Source: an uncultured Nitrososphaerota archaeon (GTDB lineage Archaea; Thermoproteota; Nitrososphaeria; Nitrososphaerales; Gagatemarchaeaceae). Taken from it: DNA of 64,000 bases. Location: contig CAWISW010000001.1 of assembly GCA_963838925.1 (NCBI GenBank), positions 256,001 to 320,000 of the forward strand, read 5' to 3'. Of this stretch, positions 28,143 to 35,691 are shown piece after piece. The notes under the pieces are model-generated. The model was not told the origin of the DNA. It saw nothing but the letters and a program-made list of their open reading frames with translations, and searched no databases. The translations under genes were made by a program, and so were the position numbers. Each line of letters begins with the position of its first letter. Within the stretch, counting starts at the first letter, position 1.

Positions 28143-28334
28143 GAAGCGGGCTGCCTCGCAGTCTCGCCCGTGGCGATAGTGGATTGAAGGCGCGCGTTAG
28201 TTGTGCGCTCTACGATTGGAAGGCTGATGCCGGACGACAACTCCTTTGCTCCTTCGGGTTGAAAGTCGCCCGATTCTCGCCCATGTAAAAGGTTCGCTCG
28301 TGGGCCGTTATTAGACGGCGCCGTCTTCGAGGGC

Positions 28335-29169
28335 ATGGGGAGCAAGCTAGGAATAAGGAAGAGGCCCACCGTTGAGCGGGAAGAGCTCTATCGCCTCGTC
28401 CTCAACCTGAGGAGAGAGGGCCTCAGCTACGGTGCCATCATCAGGAGGGTGGAGACGGAGCGCGGGGTGCGGCTCGGCAAGTCCCACGTCTCGGATTGGG
28501 TAACCGGGAAGCACAAGCCGTTCGGGTACGTCAGGACGTTCGATTCTAAACCTTGCACCGAACTTGCCTATGTTATCGGCGTGAGCCTCGGCGACGGCTC
28601 AACGAGCAGCAACCGGAAACACAGCCACATGATTAAGCTCAGGGTGATCGACAAAGAGTTCGCCGAGGAATTCGCGAGATGCCTTGGAGTGCTGCTCAAC
28701 AGGCCCCCGCCGCTGGTGAAATGGCGCGAAGAAGACTCGCTCTTGGCATACGCAGGTCTCAAGCCTGCTTTTGCAAAGGTTCCTGCGGCAGGACTTGAGA
28801 AACCTCATTCCAACGATATCGCATTGTGACGAGTGCAAGGCAGCATTCCTCAGAGGGTTCTTCGACTCTGAAGCTGGAGTCAGCGGGCGGGTTCTTCGAG
28901 TGTCCAATGGTGACAAGGACCTTCTTGGCTTGGTTTGTCAGCTCCTTGATTCTCTTGGGATAGAAACAACTGGAATCCATCTTACGAAGAAAGGAGGAGG
29001 GCTTGTCCTCATCAAAGGAAAACTCTACCGACAGAACTTGGACCAAATGTACGTCTATGTGAGGTCGCGGTCACTGAGTGCGTTTCGAGAGAGGGTCGGG
29101 TTCATTGTCTTTCGAAAGGCCGAGGCCCTTGACGATGCCTTGAGCAACCATCAAAAGCCTCCGTACTAG
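28335..29169 (+). CDS. Free-standing two-motif LAGLIDADG endonuclease with N-terminal HTH; frameshift at ~28730
   Basis: LAYVIGVSLGDGS and AAFLRGFFDSEAG motifs split over track ORFs 28335..28829 and 28771..29169; AT-richer codons. Confidence 0.85.
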
Positions 29170-29232
29170 TCCATTTGACCTGATTTAGGCGATTTAGGGA
29201 AAAAGAAGGTCAAAACGAGCTAATGACCAAAA

Positions 29233-29325
29233 AGGTGGGAGTGGGAATCGAACCCACATGAATGCGCTTTCCGTCTCGTCATCGAGAAACTGCAGGCGCA
29301 CGCGTAACCAATCCGCCATCCCACC
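29233..29325 (-). tRNA. tRNA-Cys(GCA) with 21-nt intron at 37/38
   Basis: GGTGGGA/TCCCACC acceptor, U73 discriminator, TGCGC-CTGCAG[TTTCTCGATGACGAGACGGAA]A-GCGCA, GTTCGATTC. Confidence 0.9.
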
Positions 29326-29443
29326 AAATCTTCGTGTGTTGGTCGCTCGCACCGTCGAGTAAATATGCGTTGACGCGGGCCTAACCCGTTAGTGCCCGGC
29401 TGACAAGACTTATATGAAATATTCAAGGTGGCCTAGTCGCTGC

Positions 29444-30115
29444 ATGCTGTACTCGCTTCCTTTAGATGCGACACCGCCGACAGTAGCAATCTGGACGACA
29501 CTCTCCAACTACTACGTGTTCCTTGGCACCGCAGCCGGAGTGATCGTCGGCGCCTTTATGATTTATCAGATAGCAAAGAACCGCGTCAAGCCGGGCAGGC
29601 CGGTCCCAGCCTTCCACGAGGAGGAGGGCGACTGGGGCAACTGGAAGGGGGTCGTCCTTACCCTGTGCATCACCGGCTCCGTCCTCGCGTTCGTAGAGTA
29701 CCAGACCTTCGCATCGGCCAACCTCATCGCGATTCCAAAAGACCCCAATTCTCTAAACATCGGTGTGGTCGGCAGGCAGTTCGCGTGGAGCTTCACGTAT
29801 CCCAACGGCTTCACAGACTTCCAGAACCTTACGGTCCCCGCGGGCCAGATCGTGATCCTCAACATCACCTCTGCCGACGTCACGCACGGATTCTACATAC
29901 CCGAGCTGCTCGTGGCGAAAGACGCGCAGCCCGGGATCTACACGCAGCTGTGGTTCAACGCGACCCAGACGGGCACCTTCACGATCGAGTGCAGACAGAT
30001 ATGCGGAGTCGGACACGCCCTGATGCTCTCGAAGCTGGTGGTCCTCCCAGCCTCGCAGTACAACTCTTGGTACTCCAAGCTCCCGGCCGCGCCGGCTGGA
30101 AAGGGAGGCGCGTAA
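29444..30115 (+). CDS. coxB: Heme-copper oxidase subunit II (CuA)
   Basis: Two TM helices, GRQFAWSFTY, SADVTHGF, CRQICGVGHALM. Confidence 0.93.
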   Translation: MLYSLPLDATPPTVAIWTTLSNYYVFLGTAAGVIVGAFMIYQIAKNRVKPGRPVPAFHEEEGDWGNWKGVVLTLCITGSVLAFVEYQTFASANLIAIPKDPNSLNIGVVGRQFAWSFTYPNGFTDFQNLTVPAGQIVILNITSADVTHGFYIPELLVAKDAQPGIYTQLWFNATQTGTFTIECRQICGVGHALMLSKLVVLPASQYNSWYSKLPAAPAGKGGA

Positions 30116-30121
30116 CGGAGC

Positions 30122-32482
30122 ATGAACGCCTGGCTCTCGCGCTGGCTGTACACGACCAACCACAAGGACGTCGGCCTCCTCTACATCGTCGGCTCGATGT
30201 ACTTCGGCTTCATAGGCGCAGTCCTGATCCTGCTGGTGAGGGTCGAGCTCGCGATACCGGTGTGCGCGGCAGGAGTCAAGGGCATGTGCTGGCCGAGCGC
30301 CACCCAGACGTTCCTGAGCGCCTCCGCCTTCAACCAGGCCGTCACGCTGCACGGCCTCATCATGATCCTCTGGTTCCTCTCTCCCCTCGCGATCGGCCTC
30401 GCCAACTACTTCCTCCCTCTGCAGATAGGCGCATCCGACCTCGCGCTCCCCAGAGTGAACGCCCTTGGCTACTGGCTCTGGCTCTTCGGAGGGGTCGTCG
30501 CGACGATCGGCTTCTTCATGCCAGGCGGGAACACAGCTGGCGGCTGGACCGCGTACGCGCCGCTCTCCTCCTCAGGCTTCAGCCCGGGCCCCGGGCCGAC
30601 GATGGCCTTCGCGGGCCTCATCATGCTGGCGACCTCGATCACCGTCGGCTCGGTCAACATCCTCCTGACCGTCGCGGTCCACCGCGGGCCAGGGATGACG
30701 TGGCGCAAGATCCCGATGTTCAGCTGGTTCATGCTCTTCACGATCATCGCGATGCTCTTCTCGTTCCCGTCGCTCCTTGCGGCGCTGGTCCTCCTGATAT
30801 CCGACAGGGTGCTGGGCACGATGTACTTCACGGCCTCCGCGGGAGGCTCGATTCTCTGGGACGACCTCTTCTGGTTCTTCGGCCATCCGGAGGTCTACGT
30901 GGTGCTGCTCCCCGCTTTCGGACTTATCGCTGAGATATTCCCGGTCTTCACGGGAAGGCCCCTCGCAGAGAAGAACATCATCCTCATCTGCACCGGGGCG
31001 ATCGTCATCCCCCTCAGCTACATGGTGTGGTCGCACCACATGTTCCTGACTGGCGTCACCCTCAGCGAGGACGAGGCCTTCAGCGTCGCGACCATCCTGA
31101 TCTCCCTCCCGTTCGACGTCATCACGCTCGCCTTCATCAAGACCCTGACCAAATCCACGATCCGCCTGACGGCTCCGATGCTCTTCTGCATCGGCTCAGT
31201 CTTCCTGTTCATCATCGGAGGCATCACCGGGGTCTTCCTGTCCTCCTTCGTGCTGGACGTGGTCTACAACAACACGTACTTCGTCGTGGGCCACTTCCAC
31301 TACGTCATGGTCGGAGCCGCGATCTTCGGCCTGATCGCCGGTCTGTACTACTACATCCCCAAGATGACGGGCAAGATGTACAACGAGAAGATGGCGAACT
31401 GGCACTTCATCACCTCGTTCATCGGCTTCAACGTCCTCTACTTCCCGATGTTCTTCCTCTACGACATGCCGAGGAGGATCTACACGTACCAGTCACTGCC
31501 CAGCTGGAACACGCTCAACCTGATCTCGACGGCGGGCGCGTTCATCTTCGCGCTCTCGCAGATCCTCCTCCTCGCGAACATAATCTTCACTCTCAGGAAG
31601 GGGAAGATAGCGCCCCTCAACCCGTGGGGCGCCACCACTCCTGAGTGGGTCCCGATAATCACAGGCGCCTCCCATGGCGCGGAGGTCGGCTCGCTGCCAG
31701 CCACGGCGGGCGCGGAGCACCACACGGGACACCTGAGCTCGAGGCCCATATGGCTCGCGACAGGGATCGGGATCAGCTTCCTGGGGCTCTCGCTCCTCAT
31801 GTACTCGTGGGGCCTGGCGATCTTCCTCGCAGGATGCGCGGTGTGCGCGTTCGGCATCATAGGGTGGATGATGGACGACCTCCACGAGACGTTCCACATG
31901 CCGGAGGAGCTCACCGAGAGCTGGCCGTTCAACGCCATCCCGAAGATGCGGCTCGGGATGTGGATCTTCCTCTCGACCGACGTCATAGTCTTCGGCGCGA
32001 TACTCGGCGCATACCTCTACATCCGCTCCTTCACTCCGAACTGGCCTATCCCTGGCAGCATCCACGAGATCCCTCTGGGCCTCGCCAACACGATAGTGCT
32101 GCTCACCAGCGGGCTCACCGCGTTCCTGGCCCTCGAGTCGATAAAGGAGGGCAAGCAGAGGCAGATGATAATGTGGCTAGGCGCCACCTTCGTCCTGGGC
32201 GCGACCTTCCTCGGTGTGAAGGGCGCCGAGTGGTACAACCTCTACTTCGACAAGGGGTTCAGCTGGTCGTCCAGCCTCGCCGGCAGCACGTACTACTTCA
32301 CGGTCGGGCTCCACGCAGCCCACGTGACGGTGGGCCTCATCCTGATGGTCTACCTGATCAAGAAGGGGCTGATGGGCGGCTACACGAAGGAGCACCACGA
32401 GGGGATCGAGAACTTCGCGCTCTACTGGGCCTTCGTGGACATCGTCTGGATCTTCGTCTTCCCGCTGTTCTACCTGCTATAG
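30122..32482 (+). CDS. coxA: Heme-copper oxidase subunit I+III fusion (SoxM-like, A1 type)
   Basis: TNHKDVG, TLHG, FFGHPEVY, WSHHM, GHFHY, MPRR; C-terminal subunit III motifs GMWIFL, GLHAAHV, YWAFVDIVW. Confidence 0.95.
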   Translation: MNAWLSRWLYTTNHKDVGLLYIVGSMYFGFIGAVLILLVRVELAIPVCAAGVKGMCWPSATQTFLSASAFNQAVTLHGLIMILWFLSPLAIGLANYFLPLQIGASDLALPRVNALGYWLWLFGGVVATIGFFMPGGNTAGGWTAYAPLSSSGFSPGPGPTMAFAGLIMLATSITVGSVNILLTVAVHRGPGMTWRKIPMFSWFMLFTIIAMLFSFPSLLAALVLLISDRVLGTMYFTASAGGSILWDDLFWFFGHPEVYVVLLPAFGLIAEIFPVFTGRPLAEKNIILICTGAIVIPLSYMVWSHHMFLTGVTLSEDEAFSVATILISLPFDVITLAFIKTLTKSTIRLTAPMLFCIGSVFLFIIGGITGVFLSSFVLDVVYNNTYFVVGHFHYVMVGAAIFGLIAGLYYYIPKMTGKMYNEKMANWHFITSFIGFNVLYFPMFFLYDMPRRIYTYQSLPSWNTLNLISTAGAFIFALSQILLLANIIFTLRKGKIAPLNPWGATTPEWVPIITGASHGAEVGSLPATAGAEHHTGHLSSRPIWLATGIGISFLGLSLLMYSWGLAIFLAGCAVCAFGIIGWMMDDLHETFHMPEELTESWPFNAIPKMRLGMWIFLSTDVIVFGAILGAYLYIRSFTPNWPIPGSIHEIPLGLANTIVLLTSGLTAFLALESIKEGKQRQMIMWLGATFVLGATFLGVKGAEWYNLYFDKGFSWSSSLAGSTYYFTVGLHAAHVTVGLILMVYLIKKGLMGGYTKEHHEGIENFALYWAFVDIVWIFVFPLFYLL

Positions 32483-32498
32483 CATGGAGATATAGAAA

Positions 32499-32759
32499 AT
32501 GAACTACAAGCTCCCGCTGGCGGTCTGGCTCTACATGATCGTGACGACGGTCGGAGAGGTGCTCGTCTTCTACTCCGCGCCCGGGACATTTTCGGTCGAC
32601 CTCGCGATAGGCGTCATCGCCATGATCAACAGCCTCGTGGCAGCGCTCTTCCTGATGAACATCCGGAAGGAGCCGCCCGTGATACAGTACCTCATGCTCG
32701 CCCCTCTTGCGCTGATAATGGTCCTCATCCTGACGATGCTGTTCGCGTTCGCCCAGTGA
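32499..32759 (+). CDS. Oxidase subunit IV-like small membrane protein
   Basis: Three TM helices, LFLMNIRKE; position in the cox operon. Confidence 0.75.
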   Translation: MNYKLPLAVWLYMIVTTVGEVLVFYSAPGTFSVDLAIGVIAMINSLVAALFLMNIRKEPPVIQYLMLAPLALIMVLILTMLFAFAQ

Positions 32760-33551
32760 GTGATTGAGATGCGATTCCAAGAATACGGGCCTCCAAAACT
32801 GACGCTCGGAATCGTGGGCGTGATCGCGGCGATAATCCCCATCCTGGTCGGGTACTTCCTAGTCACCGGGATGGCGACGAGCTCCGGGTACACCTCCGCC
32901 TTCCAAGGCGCGACCTCTACTACGACCGTCTCCACCTCGGCGAGCCCAGGAGCGGCGGTCGCCGTCTCGATCCCCAGCGGGGCGAGCAACCCGTCGAACC
33001 CCCCCGGCTACGCCCCTGACAAGATCACCGTGGTCATAGGAGTGAACGCGAGCGTCACCTGGACCAACAAGGACACGGCCGCCCACACCGTGACTTCGAC
33101 CAGCGTCCCGACAGGCGCCTCCACCTTCGACTCGGGCAACATGAACGCGGGGCAGACTTTCACTTACAACTTCACCCAGCCGGGCACCTACCAGTACCAC
33201 TGCAGCTATCACTCTTGGATGACCGGGACCGTGGTCGTGCTCAAGGGCGTCTCGACGGTCAAGGTCTCCATCCCGAGCGGGGCGAGCAACCCGTCGAACC
33301 CGCCGGGCTACGCCCCTGACAAGATCACCCTGGTGATTGGGCTCAACAACACGGTGACATGGTCGAACGACGACTCCGCAGCGCACACCGTCACCTCGAG
33401 CAGCGTCCCAAGCGGCGCGACCTCGTTCAACTCGGGCAACTTGAACGCCGGCCAGTCCTTCTCGTACACCTTCACGGTTCCTGGCACGTACCAGTACGGC
33501 TGCTCCTACCACTCCTGGATGGTCGGGACCGTCACCGTGGTCCAGGGATAG
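32760..33551 (+). CDS. Membrane-anchored tandem plastocyanin-like (two cupredoxin domains) protein
   Basis: N-terminal TM; two domains each with AAHTVT...C.YHSWM type-1 copper ligands. Confidence 0.9.
   Translation: MIEMRFQEYGPPKLTLGIVGVIAAIIPILVGYFLVTGMATSSGYTSAFQGATSTTTVSTSASPGAAVAVSIPSGASNPSNPPGYAPDKITVVIGVNASVTWTNKDTAAHTVTSTSVPTGASTFDSGNMNAGQTFTYNFTQPGTYQYHCSYHSWMTGTVVVLKGVSTVKVSIPSGASNPSNPPGYAPDKITLVIGLNNTVTWSNDDSAAHTVTSSSVPSGATSFNSGNLNAGQSFSYTFTVPGTYQYGCSYHSWMVGTVTVVQG
32964..33542 (+). repeat. Internal ~300-bp tandem duplication (two cupredoxin domains)
   Basis: AGCGGGGCGAGCAACCCGTCGAACCC...GGCTACGCCCCTGACAAGATCACC occurs at ~32976 and ~33276. Confidence 0.9.
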
Positions 33552-33934
33552 CCGCACCCGACTCCCGTCCGCTTCCCTTCACCCCTCGCGCCTCGCTCCT
33601 TCTCCTCCTGACCGCTCTCGATTCTGCTCGAGAAGCGCTGAAAAGTTGTGCGGGCGATATTCAGACTCTTAATGGCGATTTGTCCGATTTTCTATTCTAC
33701 GCCACAGACTATCCGGTGCATTTCGCGCCGCTTTCAACAGCTCCTATCAAGGGCCGTAGACTTTTTCTCCGATAACGGTTTGATTAGACGAGCTGAGCGC
33801 TCATCTCCGAGGGGCCTCTTGCCCTAAACACGCCGCCCGCCCGTCTTGTGTCTTCGTTTTCCCTAAAAACCCTGAATTTTGCCCCGTTACCGAGAGCTTA
33901 AATATCAAGCGCGGGAGCGTAGAGCCGAGCAAAC

Positions 33935-34087
33935 GTGGTCACGGGCTACTGTGTCTACGAGAAGAAGAAGAACAGGGAGATCAAGAATCCCAAGCAGATC
34001 AAACTGAAGAACGGTCGGTTTGCTGTTCGGGGTACTTGCGGCTCATGTGGAAAGCCGATCTTCCGCATCGGAAAGCTGACCAAGTAA
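33935..34087 (+). CDS. 50-aa basic DUF5679-like protein (candidate chromatin protein)
   Basis: Own translation: MVTGYCVYEKKKNREIKNPKQIKLKNGRFAVRGTCGSCGKPIFRIGKLTK; TATA-like CTTAAATA upstream at ~33897. Confidence 0.8.
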   Translation: MVTGYCVYEKKKNREIKNPKQIKLKNGRFAVRGTCGSCGKPIFRIGKLTK

Positions 34088-34178
34088 TCAGCGTCGACGC
34101 GGGAATCTCTCTTCCTCTTTATTTTTAACTCCGAAGGAAGACCTTATCACGCACGTCAGGGGAACGGGCGCTCTCCAG

Positions 34179-35630
34179 ATGGTCCTCGTCCTGTACAACA
34201 CCCTCGGACGGAGGCTCACGAAGTTCACGCCTCTCTCCGGCAGGCGGGTGCGGATGTACACGTGCGGGCCCACGGTCTACAACTACGCGCACATCGGGAA
34301 CTTCCGCACGTTCGTCTTCGAGGACGTCCTCCGGAGGTACCTGACCTTCAAGGGGTTCAAGGTCGACCAGGTGATGAACATCACCGACGTGGAGGACAGG
34401 ATAATAGAGGGGATCAAGAAGACGGGGAAGAGCCTGGGGGAGCTCACTGACTTCTACACGAAGGCCTTCGTGGAAGACCTCGCCGCCCTCAACGTCCAGA
34501 AGGCGGAGCACTACCCAAAGGCGACCGAGAACATCCCCGAGATAGTCGCAGCGGTGAAGACGCTCATCAAGAAGGGATACGCCTACAGGGCGGAGGACGG
34601 GTCGGTCTACTACTCGATCAAGAAGTTCAGGAGATACGGTCAGCTCTCGGGCATAAAGACCACCGCGACAAAGGCGGGGACCCGCACGGCCTCAGACCAC
34701 TACGAGAAGATGGGCGCCAACGACTTTGCACTCTGGAAGGCGTGGGTCCCAGAGGACGGCGAGGTCTTCTGGGAGACCCCCCTCGGGAAGGGGAGGCCGG
34801 GCTGGCACATCGAGTGCTCCGTGATGGCGATGAAGTACCTCGGCAAAACCCTCGACATCCACGCGGGGGCCATCGACCTCAGGTTCCCCCACCACGAGAA
34901 CGAGATCGCCCAGTCCGAGGCCCTCACGGGAAAGAAGTTCGTGAGGCACTGGCAGCACTCCGCCTTCCTGACCATGGAGGGGGGAAAGATGTCAAAGTCG
35001 GTCGGGAACATCGTCACGCTGAGGGAGCTCCTGCAGCGGGGGCTTTCCCCCAGGGCCATCAGGCTCTTCCTCATCAGCGCCCACTACCGGGAGGAGCTGA
35101 AGTTCGCCGACTCTTCGCTGGCCCAGGCCGCCGCCACCCTGGGGAGGTTCGACAGTCTCGTGCGGCGCCTGACTTCGGTCACCGGGGCCGCTGACCAGGC
35201 GGGCGACGCCGAGTGCTCCCGCCTCGCCAAGGAGCTCCTCGCGAGCTTCGAGGAGTCGATGGACGACGACCTGAACGTCCCGAGGGCGCTGGCGGCCTTC
35301 TTCACGTTCGACCGGAGGCTCAACTCTCTCTTGGACCAAGGGAAGGTCTCGGCGCGCGACGCCCAGAGGCTCCTTGACACCGTGAAGAAGGTCGACTCGG
35401 TCCTCGGGGTGATTCAGGGCGCTCCCGACCTGGGGTCAGGGAAGCTGGGCGAGAGGAGCGACCCCGAGGCGTCCCTCATCGCCGACCTGGTCGCGCAGCG
35501 CGAGGACGCGAGGAAGAGGAAGGACTACAGCAGGTCGGACGAGATCAGGGAGGAGCTGAGGAGGAAGGGGGTCGTGGTGGAGGACACCCCCACAGGCCCC
35601 GTCTGGCACAGGTTGTCAACACCATCTTAA
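34179..35630 (+). CDS. cysS: Cysteinyl-tRNA synthetase
   Basis: CGPTVY..AHIGN, DFALWK, GRPGWHIECS, FPHHENE, KMSKS. Confidence 0.97.
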   Translation: MVLVLYNTLGRRLTKFTPLSGRRVRMYTCGPTVYNYAHIGNFRTFVFEDVLRRYLTFKGFKVDQVMNITDVEDRIIEGIKKTGKSLGELTDFYTKAFVEDLAALNVQKAEHYPKATENIPEIVAAVKTLIKKGYAYRAEDGSVYYSIKKFRRYGQLSGIKTTATKAGTRTASDHYEKMGANDFALWKAWVPEDGEVFWETPLGKGRPGWHIECSVMAMKYLGKTLDIHAGAIDLRFPHHENEIAQSEALTGKKFVRHWQHSAFLTMEGGKMSKSVGNIVTLRELLQRGLSPRAIRLFLISAHYREELKFADSSLAQAAATLGRFDSLVRRLTSVTGAADQAGDAECSRLAKELLASFEESMDDDLNVPRALAAFFTFDRRLNSLLDQGKVSARDAQRLLDTVKKVDSVLGVIQGAPDLGSGKLGERSDPEASLIADLVAQREDARKRKDYSRSDEIREELRRKGVVVEDTPTGPVWHRLSTPS

Positions 35631-35691
35631 CGGTTGCTCAAGTAGGTTCAATCCCGGTGCATTAGTTCAGGCTGTGTGGACTTGTGCTCCG

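Noticed and set aside
28143-28334. Partial tRNA-Cys duplication (att site) upstream of the LAGLIDADG gene
   Set aside because: Only weak, gapped similarity, and no integrase in the window.
33552-33930. Replication origin or ncRNA in the long intergenic region
   Set aside because: No ORB-like repeats, no adjacent cdc6/orc1, and no convincing structure seen.
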